Below the pieces are notes generated by a model that was given only the letters and a program-made list of their open reading frames with translations, did not search any database and was not told where the DNA came from. 64,000 nt of DNA from Albugo candida (lineage: Eukaryota), in contig JBDOQK010000003.1 of the NCBI GenBank assembly GCA_040437565.1, positions 806,001-870,000 on the forward strand. Reading direction: 5' to 3'. Below, in pieces: positions 47,701 through 62,000 of this stretch. Position numbers and translations under genes: made by a program. Position 1 is the stretch's first letter; every line of letters begins with the position of its first letter.

Positions 47701-48354
47701 ACGGTATAATTCATTGACAAAGTCTTCTTTGCAAGTTCCTTTGAAAGAATGCTCGAGCGCGTCTAAAAACACACGACATAGCTCTTGCACGTCGTGCTGC
47801 TGAAAGACGTCATTTCCTGTCCACCCAAAACTCCGCGTGAGTGATTTTGTGTCCACGCACGTCTTGGAAGTCGTCTGAAGCTTCGCAAAGAGCTTTTGAA
47901 GTTGAAGTGGAATATTTTCCTTCTCATCTTCAACTTCGTCGTCAGAATCCTGACTGAGCTCAATATTTGGATGAGCTACACTATTTTCAGCAACATGTGG
48001 GCTGATCTTAGGATATTCCCATTGATATAATCCTTGTCGGAATTCCGGTGTCATGTATAGCGTTTGTAATAAACTATTCATGTAACAAGTTGCACCTTGA
48101 TTAGATAGACCTGTCATGTTGCGTTTATTGGAACCGGTAGCGGGATTGGTCGAATGCATGGAGGTGTTCAAAACGGACACCTTGTCTTCTAAGTCTGTTG
48201 GCTCCCCAGAGTTGTGGGAATGCACACTTTGTAATTCAGAAATCGTCTTCTTGAATTTATGACGCGGTGATTCGCTATATTGCACGCTTTGATCACTTTG
48301 TGATGGAATTGCGGAGTCTCCATTTGCAGCACCATAGACTTCGGGGCTGACCAT
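44749..48354 (-). CDS. USP47: Ubiquitin carboxyl-terminal hydrolase, USP47-like, with C-terminal Ubl domains
   Basis: GLSNQGATCYMNSLLQ Cys box, TRSFGW, QQHDVQELCRV, LQLKRFDFDY, HSGSALGGHYYAYIK His box. Confidence 0.88.
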   Translation of the reverse strand: MVSPEVYGAANGDSAIPSQSDQSVQYSESPRHKFKKTISELQSVHSHNSGEPTDLEDKVSVLNTSMHSTNPATGSNKRNMTGLSNQGATCYMNSLLQTLYMTPEFRQGLYQWEYPKISPHVAENSVAHPNIELSQDSDDEVEDEKENIPLQLQKLFAKLQTTSKTCVDTKSLTRSFGWTGNDVFQQHDVQELCRVFLDALEHSFKGTCKEDFVNELYRGTLKDYVKCCTCGYESSRMDHFLDLSLVIRPFGMEDNAFTVRKIESLEKALEFFLKPEVLDKENQWKCDKCETKRDAIKGLKFHRLPYLLSLQLKRFDFDYNTMDRIKLHDRITFPKYLDMNSFLSNEEIKGDGASGDAELQSTHSRKKGQLARRISLERHELEVMQRRKVNGCSGTQDHDIEQKHREQDRSNLWPVQDEIDCEKTAQISSEDRVVDTWDPDFDVNGLFEEGPNVYELYSVLMHSGSALGGHYYAYIKNFENGKWYNFNDAHVSEITEHDVSVAFGGQSTNGNKYGYRSNYTTCAYMLMYRLLSSARNVNSVSKEEIPVYLKARIEQEESRFRLRERQQLERAKQIMLQVFVRGSYGQKVDKQILIYKDTTISEAVKVVFDTFKNDAASLTQQGITLPESLELVRLRRYNDYNGIALHTYDDRLFKTCQEIGISEGHQLLLESKEAEEEWEKFDEEKLQVFVKRYLPATAQCNDSSIKSRWIQLPQDSTVGELYETIRNKFNFTAAESNFRMLKRSYAAYSQNPITMLNPDNSPQTLALKLEDDLNIASGTEVIVEECQDPEAPSEAAKFYEKEANMINVNIRYSTLPTLAIRIDRRETVRALKNEIEKRICIPADQFKLLRGANTAGIELKAIDSTLYKLSIGNNNTIHVVEGIPLGVGEYNCRLMLYNRTAEAPSILAAPESSILPSELILRLTDQDSTLSFVQNIVIGEHMRVENVRQQVWNIFVEKGCVQDCMTTQHIRLRDSRQGHLTGILVDGCILGKLMSFSLYEGRSIIAEILESPESKSLPHQVVTIALLDRSSWRFLHAKKKELIHQYKPENEESYKSNDLIDFLVRQSSSAFSIAPKFVQFARIPQFRQSINMLEAYTLEFSCASELAAQISTNSDPEFFLVIDSRVEANVWSEDDRRAIQASLKTVHSNNSSLPLLLNGPIDTISNESYRIKTKEVALVIRTAKAKSHAAISSSGSDSSNA

Positions 48355-48670
48355 TTTCTTTGATTAGAGTTCCTAATCAGATCCGACGCTATTTTGGGTG
48401 AGAACGTTACAAGGAAATAACGTCGGATCAGATCTGACTCAGTGAAGCTGAATACTTTCCCCAAGCGTATATATCATATGATAGCGGTTATTATATTAGA
48501 TGGGTAGGAATGAGTCACATTCCAGCTAGCTGAAAATAAAGTAAGCTCTTCTATCAATAAATACAGTGCTGCTTGGGTAGAAAACAGCATATTTCCCCAG
48601 TCATAACCACCCGCATTACGCAAGCGTTCGTTTCTGCAAGTTTCGTTATTTTCGGGCGCACGCGAAGGTG

Positions 48671-49803
48671 ATGGACGGAGTCAAACAAGAACAAATAGAC
48701 CCTATTGCATGTGAGAATGTAAGTCCTCATCTACATGACGTTATGTGCCAGTTTCCGACATCTGCTTGACTTAGGACAATCACACGCTCGAAAATGATGA
48801 AATCGACGAAAGGGAAGAGTGCTTGGGGCCTAAAGTATTATTGAAAATAAAAACACTGAGCGAAAAGCCAATAGAAGTCGAAATACTACATACAGCAATG
48901 GTCGGAGAGCTAAAGCAAATCATCAAAGTCCGAGTGAATGGGGATGGCAAGTTCCTCCGATTGATTCATCATGTTTGTGCCGGTTGCAATGTGGCGCAAG
49001 TTTTTATCTGATTTTTGATGAGTAGGGGAAAATTCTAGCCGATGACAAGTCGTCTTTGCAGTTTTACAAGATCAAATCAGGAGATTTCATTCATTGTGCT
49101 GTCAGTTCAATACCGCCAAAAGCAGTCGGACAGCAGGTAAATGGTGTCTGAGACACGGTAATGACTTCGATTTGACAAATTGCTGATATATTAGCTCATT
49201 GTCCCCGGTAACGTGCAAGAAGAACGTGATGATCAGAATCGCAGAGGTTTTGATCGTTTGCGTGATCGAATGAGTCGAGACGAAGTGCAAGCTCTTCGAT
49301 TATATTTCTACCCTCAAATTTCTGCATTCATTCGGGAAGCTGAGACTGTGGAAAATGAAAATAGTGAGGATCGAATTTATCGACTAGAGGAGGAATGGAT
49401 GAATACACAGGGGCCCCAGTCCGAATTTGGTGAGGTCATCCTCATTAGCCTTCTTCTTACACGGATTTAAATGATATCTTTTGTAGCACTAAATGTGATG
49501 CCATCGGCTCGTATAGCGTTGGAACATCAAATTGACATGACCGGTCTGGGAGGATCGATTTTGGCAGCGGATAACGAAGGCACAGGAACAGAGTTTTTGT
49601 GGGGATTCTTGATGGGACTTTTACTCGGAGTGTTCATGCTATTGATGGTACGTGACTATTTAGCAGACTGCGTGGCTAAGACTGCTAACATTTTTCATTA
49701 GCTTTTGGACAGATCTGTCCCACGAAAGCAGAAAATTGGTCTGCTATCAGGTGTCGGCGTCAACTTTGTCTTGAGTATTGTGCCAAAAGCAATGGCAACA
49801 TAG
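48671..49803 (+). CDS. Dsc3-like (DUF2407) ubiquitin-like membrane protein; multi-exon
   Basis: Ubl domain (LRLIHH/GKIL..FIHCAVS), RGFDRL, RLEEEWM, FLWGFLMGLLLG, KIGLLSGVGVN. Confidence 0.8.
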
Positions 49804-50074
49804 GCNNNNNNNNNNNNNNNNNNNNNNNNNNNNNNNNNNNNNNNNNNNNNNNNNNNNNNNNNNNNNNNNNNNNNNNNNNNNNNNNNNNNNNNNNNNNNNN
49901 NNNNNGTGCCAAAAGCAATGGCAACATAGGCGATAGTTGCTCGAGATAGAGTAGTCCACATAACAATAGTGTAAGCATATTCTCCATACAGTATAGGACA
50001 CTGTACATATGATTTGTCATGATTGGCTGTAATATCCACTTTCACTAATATGAAGTGATAAGTGTGTGGAATAG

Positions 50075-51567
50075 ATGTTGCGGGCATTATCGGAAGATGC
50101 CAATAGCGTAGTAGAAAATAACGAAGTATCTGACGCTGTCACTCCAACTGAAATTGACGACCATCATCATAATCAGTCCTTATCAGACGACCTACCTAGA
50201 AAAAAGCGCAAATTTGCGACAATGACGAAAGAACTCAGCCCCGATCAAAAAGCTATTGTAAAACTTCATGTTTCCAGAGAAGCTACATCCGAAGGATTCG
50301 TTAAGTGTAATTTTTGCAACAAAGAAATCACATCTAAAAACGTTGACCGATGGGCATCTCATTTACGCGGATGCGGTAAGACACCGGAAGATGTGAAAGT
50401 ACAAATTCAGCCTTTTCGAACGGTTGTAAATGCACACGCGAATATCATTTCAGCTGCTCTTAGCGCTGCCAATGTACCACAAGCTTCACTTCAGCATAGC
50501 ACAAATACCAANNNNNNNNNNNNNNNNNNNNNNNNNNNNNNNNNNNNNNNNNNNNNNNNNNNNNNNNNNNNNNNNNNNNNNNNNNNNNNNNNNNNNNNNN
50601 NNNNNNNNNNNCCGGAAGATGTGAAAGTACAAATTCAGCCTTTTCGAACGGTTGTAAATGCACACGCGAATATCATTTCAGCTGCTCTTAGCGCTGCCAA
50701 TGTACCACAAGCTTCACTTCAGCATAGCACAAATACCAATCATCTTGGAAATCTACAAAATGCTATCACGACGAGCTATAATGAAGTATTCAAAGTTCAT
50801 GTTGCCAAAGATTACATGAAGTTTAATGCGGCTCACTTCATCGCATACAAAGTAAGAGTCGATATGGAAACATGGTGACCCAACTCAATGCATTCATCTC
50901 CTGTATTAGGGATACCGAGAAAAACTACATGGACATAACTATCGTGTTGCCGTGACACTAAGTGGAGTTGTGGGACCTGATGGATACGTCGTCGACTTTG
51001 GCGAAATTAAGAAAATTTCGCGGGTAATCAGCAAAGATTTGGATGAGTCATTTTTGGTACCAATGAACAGCGATGTTTTGAAGGTACAAAAGGTCTTGTA
51101 CACGTGGACAAAAACCTATATCTCAATTGTTTGTGTAGATTACATTTGATGGAACAAATGTGCACATTCTAACAGAAGACAATGCCAAATTTAGGTGACA
51201 TCATTCTGTGGGATTTTTGTAGAAAACGGACCAACGTTTCTCTTTTGGTGTGCTATATAGCTTTCCAAAATCCGATTGCTCGCTTTTGCCTATAGTCCAC
51301 TCCTCAGCAGAAGAATTGGCGATCTATTTCGTAAGTGCTTTGGCATCAAGCATCATGACGTTGTATCTCATTCTATCTTTTCTAGAGCAATCAGCTAATT
51401 GATGCGTTCACACTTGTCGCATTATTGGCAAGTAAATCCATTATCCTGAACTGACGTATCACACTTATCTATTCTACTCGCAGCAACGCGGAGTGAAGAA
51501 AATTGAAGTTAGCATTTCGGAAGCCAATATGCAACTTGCCTCCTACGAACGAACAATTCTCACCTAA
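50075..51567 (+). CDS. BED-type zinc finger fused to 6-pyruvoyl-tetrahydropterin synthase (Glu-type, PTPS-III-like); multi-exon, spans a gap with a 128-bp flank duplication
   Basis: PRKKRK; VKCNFCNKEI..WASHLRGC; then in frame KFNAAHFIAYK/GYREKLHGHNY..GYVVDFGEIKK..LPIVHSSAEELA..IEVSISE. Confidence 0.85.
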
Positions 51568-51705
51568 CAGCCATTGGATGAAAATGCGATCATTTATATC
51601 CAGCCATATCTCGTTTAATGTCTACCATTAATTTAAAACCTACAACATCAATTAAACCTCAAATACACATTCTCGACTTTTCCGCATTTAAAGAGTAAAG
51701 ACTCC

Positions 51706-54037
<2,332 letters not shown>

Positions 54038-54225
54038 ATTGAGCTAAAACTCTTCAACAACAAATGCGCTCTTCAATCCTCCATCCTTGTCATCATGACA
54101 GTGTGGAATTAGAGAGTTCTTTCGACTCGTCGGACGAGTTGTAAGAAGAAAAATAACTCTAAAAAAGATAGTGAAATTGCTTTGTGCTGCATTCCTTCTG
54201 CTTTATTGTTATGCGTATCCACAAA

Positions 54226-54650
54226 TCAGTTCTCAGAGAGCATTTTTGCTTTTCGTTTGCACTCCAAATCGAAAAAATCACAATCGGAGTATTTCCATGG
54301 GAACGGCTTATTACGCAGTTTAAGGTACGCGTACTCGGGTTTCTCTTCGTCGTGCTCGTGATGTTCGCCCAAATGTGAAATGACTGTGACGACAGTGAAC
54401 ACACTGGTGAATGCTATCATTCCCATTGATATTTGCTTCCATCGAGCCACTTGCTCTGCGCATTCAAATTCAGTACTTTAGAGAGAGTATAAATGAATGC
54501 GCTTGTGTACCTTTCGCTTCATGTTCTGTAGCAGAAGACATTTGCCGTGCATTCGACGAGATTGACTTGGTTGAAATACGGTTTAATTTACGCAGTAGGG
54601 ACTAACAAAACATCCTTAGCAACGGCACATCGCGCATGATAACGCACCAT
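54226..54650 (-). CDS. COX6A: Cytochrome c oxidase subunit 6a; two introns
   Basis: Basic, Ser-rich presequence MSLLRKLNRISTKSISSNARQMSS, WKQIS + TM helix, HHEH, YAYLKLRNKPFPW. Confidence 0.85.
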
Positions 54651-54748
54651 TTTCTTGTCAAGAAGTATTATGGGAAGCACCCGAACCGGTTTATGCGGTA
54701 TTTATCGATATCTTTCTGTTTCGACGAAAAAATGGAAGTGTCTCTAAA

Positions 54749-55834
54749 ATGAGCGAATGCGAAGCAGTTTGCATAGCCAAACGGCCGAATGCATCCGATA
54801 CATTGAATGCAGAGAAAGAGAATTTGACAAATCAAGTACGACTATGCATCAAAGTGATCTCTCCAATTGTGCATCGTCTCTCGTTCTATGAAAAACACAC
54901 TGAAAAGATCTCACCGTTGGGACCGAATCACTTATCTCTGCCACAACTAATCAAAGCGATTGAGAAGAAGTTTCAATCCAACAACCTGTACGACAAAAAA
55001 TTTTCATTTATCGACTTGTTAGAGTAAGTCTCATGCGTACATCTAACCGATCATTTCACCGAGTCATTGCTTTACTGTGAGTAGACATTACAGCGGCGAT
55101 CTGCGCGAACTATTNNNNNNNNNNNNNNNNNNNNNNNNNNNNNNNNNNNNNNNNNNNNNNNNNNNNNNNNNNNNNNNNNNNNNNNNNNNNNNNNNNNNNN
55201 NNNNNNNNNNNNNNCCGAATCACTTATCTCTGCCACAACTAATCAAAGCGATTGAGAAGAAGTTTCAATCCAACAACCTGTACGACAAAAAATTGTCATT
55301 TATCGACTTGTTAGAGTAAGTCTCATCGCGTACATCTAACCGATCATTTCACCGAGTCATTGCTTTACTGTGAGTAGACATTACAGCGGCGATCTGCGCG
55401 AACTATTACCATTCTCATTTGTGGATCCGACAAAAACGTACACGCGGAATCTCATTGCGACAGACAACGAGTCGTACGCTTTAATAATGATCATATGGAA
55501 TCGTAATCGCTACAGTCCGATACACAATCACCCGTGTGATGGATGCTGGGTCAAGATAATTAGCGGAGCCATGAACGAAGTACAGTATCGGATCCAGCAG
55601 AATAAACTGTACGAAGTATCCAATATCATCCTGGATCGTGGTGTGACTTACATTGATGACTCAATGGGGCTCCACAAAGTAGGAAACCCTCGTCACGATC
55701 AGCTTGCTATCACACTTCATTTATACTCGCCTCCATTTGATACATGTCGGGTATGGACGGACGCAGAGAATTCCAATCAATCCTCGCTAGCAGATTCGTA
55801 TTATTTTAGTGTATTTGGCAAACCAATTACTTGA
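54749..55834 (+). CDS. CDO1: Cysteine dioxygenase; spans a gap with a ~190-bp near-duplicate of the flank
   Basis: YTRNLI, SPIHNHPCDGCWVK, YIDDSMGLHKVGNP, TLHLYSPPF. Confidence 0.9.
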
Positions 55835-56027
55835 GAAAACAAAGTTTGACGCGTGCTGAATTGGGAGCATGTAGATGGTCAATGTTCTCACTGACCTGTC
55901 CTCACCAACTTCTTCACACTACCTGCTTCTACAGCTAACGCTTACAAGGCAGACACCAAAACGTGTGCCTGATGTATTCTAGAGATTGTCATTCGTCTAC
56001 TGAAAAAAATGTCTGTGGCGTCATGTA

Positions 56028-58950
56028 TCATGGATTCTCGGGGACCAATTTGTCGAAACAAAGCGCCAATGCGGACCGATACACACGTGATGGATGAGTA
56101 GCGAGCTTGTGCTTGGATCCCACCTGTAGCTTTTTCTCAATAAAGCTTGGACCGACAATCAGATTCCCTTCCAAGTCCAATGCGACTTCAGTCCCAATAT
56201 GTTGATACAAACCCCACTACAGTCAATTACTCATTCAAGCAATCTCAACGTTCAGATGGAAGAAATCAAACTTACAAATTTCGGGACTCCAGGCACAATG
56301 TCTCCGTCCATAACCACACGATAGCTGTTGGGTACGTGTCTGTTGTAATTTCTCACAAAGCTCGGATTGCCAACTCGTGGTCCTCCGAAATTGTACATCT
56401 CAACAGCGATGTCAAAGCTTACACTGAAATCATACGCGGCCAATATGGCTAATGTGCCTCCCATGCTATGTCCAGTGACATAAGTAGAGACTCCAGGATG
56501 CTCATCGAGTAATAATCGAACCACACGCTTGAGGTCCGAGCGTACCGTCATGTATGCTTGCCAAAATCCTATCGTCTCGCCTCAGAAAACCAAAACAGTA
56601 GGACGACTTGCGAGCACATACCGCTGTGAACACGAGGTAGAGCCATATCGAAAAGTGGGATTTTGGAAAGTATTCGTTTGAGTCGTCTTCTACAGCCGTC
56701 ATTCCGATTCGCTCTCTGTGATTTGATCCATAAGACTGTCTGATGAAAACGCAAATTACTTTTCCAATTCTGTCGACTGGAAGTCCCACGAAATGCCACT
56801 ACCAAACGATTCTTTGTGGCATTATAAGCGATAAGGACGTGGGTGTCCACTACCGCATTTCGAAGTTGTGCGATCAACTCGAAGCCGTATGGCTCTAGAT
56901 TGATTTCTCCATACCCAGATTCTGATGGTTGACCAGGAGAATCGAAATACGCTTGCCAAGCGAGCTCCAACAGCCACAAAGCCGTCTCGATGCAAAATGA
57001 GTCGGGTCTTGTCATAGACGAAGAGCCAACTTGAGATTCTTCTCGGATCTTGATGGATGCAGTACGAGTCTTTGTACCGTTTGTTTGACAGCTTGGTGGA
57101 AGGTGAACGTATAAGAGGAGATACACGTAGATAGAGAGAAAGATAAATTGCCCCAACGATGATTGACCAACGTCAAGCTCCAGGAAGGTCTCGATGGCGT
57201 TTTGGAGAAAGGCCTCATACCCGATAAGATACCATACTTGCAAAAGACTCCAATAGCGAAAAGTGGTCATCACAAGAACATACGAGAGAATCAGGATAGA
57301 TTCCAGAATCAGAAAGCGATATGAAAGCTGCTGGTACCGTGTCGACATGTAGGGAACTGATTTTAGATATGACGCTGTTTTCCAGCTCAATTGCACAGCC
57401 CAAAAGACCCAATAGAGGAGCATTGTGAGACGAATAAAACCCAACATGACGAATAAAGTCTTGTAGACAATTTCACAAGCTTGGAGTACTGTTGTCGAGG
57501 AATTTAGTCCAAATAGAGCCATACATAAGGTGATGATGAAGAGTGATATACCAAATGAGAACTTTTGTACCCTCATTCGTGATTGCAGATCGACTAACTG
57601 CAGCCAGCCAACATAGAAAAAGGACTCCGCAAACGCTTGGCAGCATGCCACTGATTGACGTAATCGAGGATTTGTAGAGTAGCCCGAGTCGATGATGAGA
57701 GAGATTGGATTTTGCCAGAATAGGAGAACAACGCCGAGAAAAAGAGTCCATTTCTGAGCTGATAATAGTGCCCACCAACTGCCGCTGAATCGCAATACGC
57801 TTATCAACCAGCATGGAAGTGCTATACTGGTAAATACTAAAAGAATGGCGCGCATGAGTAGTTCGCTGAATTCGAATGACGCTTTGCTGTTGATAGGAAT
57901 GTGAGACAAGAGTGATATTATTGCGACACTATAGAGGCATTCCTACGGGTAAATAAGCTTGTAGATGACCCGGCTGCCAATGAGGTTCGGATATCTTCCA
58001 TAAAAGCGTATTTGGATGAGATAAGACTGTTGTAGACCTGAAAACTATCAATACGAATAGGAGTGAGCTGTGGTACCGTTTATGCAAAAGTGCTTACAGA
58101 GTGCTGAGGAAGTTCGATGAGTTTTGCTTCTTCGCATCCGCTCTCCGGAAGGCAACTGATCCAAGCGGTTTGGTTGGATTCGAATGCGATTTGCTTCTTT
58201 ATGGTCGCATTATCATCGGACAACTCGTACAGACTCCATTCAAAGTCTAAAACGAAAGCATTTTTCAATCGAAGAAAGTCCGTGTGGGACAATCGAGTAG
58301 GTCTTGAAGCCAGCAGTTTGACTTGATCTGTTCGGATATTCAGACTGATACCACCTCCAAACCGGAGAACGTCGTGCAATTTGGCTGACCATACCGCGAC
58401 ATCTCGTTTCGTGTCAATACGAGTGCATGGAATCCCATTCTGATCGCTCCTCCACGCAAATGGTTCGCTGCAGAGATCGCCTGAAAATGCTGTCGTCTAA
58501 AGTATAAGACGCCTATGAATGGAGTGATTGCACGCTTACATAGCACTAACGCACCTCTGAAAGGTATCCCTCGCTCTGTAGGTATGGTAATAGCAATGCA
58601 AAAGCGAATGCAACGTACGCAATCCATACGATCGTTGTGGCCAAAGTCGACGAAAGTGTTTCGAGTCGAATTTTCGGACGTATCGAATTATTGTCACACC
58701 TTTTAGTCAAAAGCCCATCTCTTTTATGCTCAGACGTATGTGAAATACGCTTTTGAATCTCAAAATTATCGCGATACAGTTCGGAAGAAGCGTATTCTGA
58801 CGTCTGTGTAAGCGTTAAACGAAAGCTTTTCTCTGTTTCTTTCTCTGCAGCGAGAAGACCCGATGACATTTCATTATCTGACGAGTCTTCAAAGCGTGTA
58901 TACGGTCTCGAATGTTGTTCTGCTAGCCAAAGCGTTCGCCACCAGCTCAT
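56028..58950 (-). CDS. Multi-pass membrane (TMEM181/Wntless-like) protein fused to a class 3 lipase domain; multi-exon
   Basis: AQKWTLFLGVVLLFWQNP and SVPYMSTRYQQLSYRF in the TM region; lipase LVVAFRGT, VHSG/F, TGHSMGG, NFGGPRVGN, DGDIVPGVP. Both ends are approximate. Confidence 0.8.
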
Positions 58951-59098
58951 TTTCGTGGCATTAATGTGTTCAAATAGAACAGCTTTACAAACAATTTTTG
59001 TCCAGTTGGATGTAAAACCGGTCAACTATCGCATTTCTACGCAAAATAACACTACGTTTACAGCGCATTCACTCGACATTCTTCGTGTATATAAGCTA

Positions 59099-62000
59099 AT
59101 GCCTTGGTGTGCGTCAAGTCATTGTGAAGATTAGCTCGATTTTGACGCTTTTGCAGCGATTTTCAAGTCGGGAATGAGATCAAGTAGCGCGCTTCATAGA
59201 GACGTAAGAATGATACTTCGATCGACTCATATACTCCAAATCTCCCAACAAATATATTGACATGAAAAGTGCTTCAGGCTGTAATGTGAGCCTTTCCGAC
59301 CTCCGCGACTCATTTGAAACCTCGCAATACCGACTTTGATTCTCTATAGCCGCGTTGATGTCGAATGTATCCTTAAATAAGCGCAATCGACTGTGAAAAG
59401 ACACGAAGGATGCAAGACAGCAATGCACACAATGATGTGCTTTCAAACTCTAAAAAAATTCTTCCCAAAGCGCAAAAGCTCTTATTGCTCGCTTCCGTTC
59501 GCAACGACTCACTCACACTGAGAGAGTATCGCAATGTCTTAGCGGTACGCCACCGCTTTTCAATTGCCATATTCTTCTCACTTTTGATCGCAGGAATGCC
59601 TTCAACCTGAGGCGTCCGCAAACCTTAAAGCTATCGGCTTCCAATTAGCGCATCAGAGCCCAACCTGTTCGACCAGCGCTACTTGGAACATAGTAATGGA
59701 GGCGTTGATCACCGAACTTGCGTCTTCCGAAGATACCTCCGTCCTAAAACACGCGATTCCCCTTTTCGATATCCTTCCCGTAATCGCTCTGATTGAATTC
59801 GTAATGGCGAGCGAGAAAGAACCGATGAATAAATTCCGAAATGTACTTTTGCACGCGGATCCACATATTCACTGTCTCGCAATCGCTGTATTGACACGAT
59901 TATCGATCAGAATAGCGTGCAGCCTTGCTGATGAGATCCTCCAAAGCTTCCCATTCGAATCTCACGAAGCGCGAATTATCTGCCAGCAGGATATCAATCT
60001 GATCCTCATCGATATCCATAAGCTCATATTCCAAGATCTCTTCGCTTCGAATAATTCCGTTCGATCGGAAGCTTTTACGGCAATGTCAAATCTCTTTTCT
60101 CAAAGTGCTCTTTTTCAGCAATCTTTTCCAAAAGAGACGAAATCCTCATCAAGCTATCGTGCAGAGGCACTGGCATTGAATGATTTGGTGTGTCTGGTTC
60201 TCAGAGAAGCGTGTCCTGCCATCTGCAGTCTCGTAAGAAGCGCAGATACATTGCCTGACGAGAGGAAAGCTGACGGAATGTATTGGCTTGCGATGGTGTT
60301 GGGCTTCCTCATGGACCGCACAGGGGCCCGTTGTCCCGGCATTAGCGTTCCATACCTCACGGTGGATTACGATAATGACGTCGAGGTCTCTCAGATGGAA
60401 GGCGCTGAGGAAGAACTCGCTCAACCATCGACCCAGCGTCTTCGTATGGATCAATTCGCACACGATTTTCTCTCTGTAAAGCTTTATTCGATCCTCAGAT
60501 ATGCGTCATTGCTTCAAGCCAGTGTCATCTGTCGTGCCAGTTTCCACCTTTTGCTTCACCCGCTGCTTGAATTCTCCCGATTCCAAATGGCTCGTCCCCT
60601 TTTGAATCATCTCATTACTCAATGTCATCATCAAGAAACCATCAAAGCGAAAGAAGAAATGGCAAAAATGCTCTTCCACACATTTCTATGGCTTTCAGCT
60701 TCCGACTGCGTACAAGCTTTTCCACAGACTTTGGACGCCTTACTACTTGTTGATAGAGAAAGGTACCAGATCGCTCTCATCAATCAATAAGGCTTGTATC
60801 GTGAGTATCGTGCTGCTACTTGTAGAGAGGAGTCTTATTTCGTACCGCTTTTGATCCATGGAATCGTCTTGAGAGCGATCTGTCAGAGTGAACTTGTGCT
60901 ACTAAAGCTTCTGTATGGATTGGACCTATTTCAGAGATTTTGCAGTGAGAATACCACAAAAGCTATTTCTCTGTCGGCAACATGTGCACTTGACCAATTA
61001 TTGCAGGCTCATATCACGATCCCAGCCGCTCTGAGGAAGCGAGGCCTTGCTGAGGATTCCAAAGCTCTCGAAAACATTCCAGCTTCTCAGATTCTAGTGC
61101 TTGAGTCCTTTTTTCGACTGTTGTATCCATTCCCTGAGTCAAAATTATTCGACATCCACCACCTCCAAAATGGCTTCATGGCGCTTCTTATGGATCATTT
61201 TTGCCATATCTTATCGGGTACACAAAGCCCATTCCAAGAATCGCTTCAATTGATGGCTAATCTGCTTGATGCAAACGCGTATCCGCATATTTCATCTCAA
61301 AAAGCTCGATTACAACTGGTGAGTCTCGCCATTCGAATGATCCCCCAATTTCAAACAATTTCGGCTCCTTTGCTTCTCACATATCTTGAGCATGAATTTG
61401 GCCTGCTTCAGACTGCTTTTGACGCGAACGAGCCAGCTATTGACTTTTTCAATAAGCCAAATAGAAAGAATCCGTTCTTCGACACTGAAGATCACCTCGA
61501 AATCGTATCGTCGATGGTAACGTGCATAAAGCTTCTGACAATGATTCAGCCATCTATGCGTATGCAAACCACAAAGATCTCGACACAAATAGCTTCCATT
61601 ATGGCCAGCAAGCGTGAAGAGCACATGTGCGTTGAAAACCTCGAGTGATCTCTTAGGCTGAATTCGGTCTGATAGGTTCCTCACACAAATCGAATCACAG
61701 GTGCAGCCATCAGTGCATGCTACAAGCCCGTACCTTCACGATTGGTTTCTTCACTGTGGTTCCTCGTCAATTTTCAATCTGGCTCCTCTCTTTGCATGCG
61801 ATCCTTTCAGCTCAGATCGAGCGCTTGCATGGGAGCAAGACTCAGTGGTTGTTAGCGGTAGTAATGATCCTCTGAGTATCGCAGTCTCCTATCGACATGC
61901 TGATCCAAGCCAGCGAAATCGTATCACGCTTATTGTGTCGGCTTGCAATTGTACCAATTTTGAGATGAGTGACGTTGAGCTCTTCATTCGGTACAGCGCG

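Noticed and set aside
50075-50400. BED finger as part of an intact hAT transposon
   Set aside because: No DDE or hAT dimerisation domain and no terminal inverted repeats; the frame continues into PTPS.
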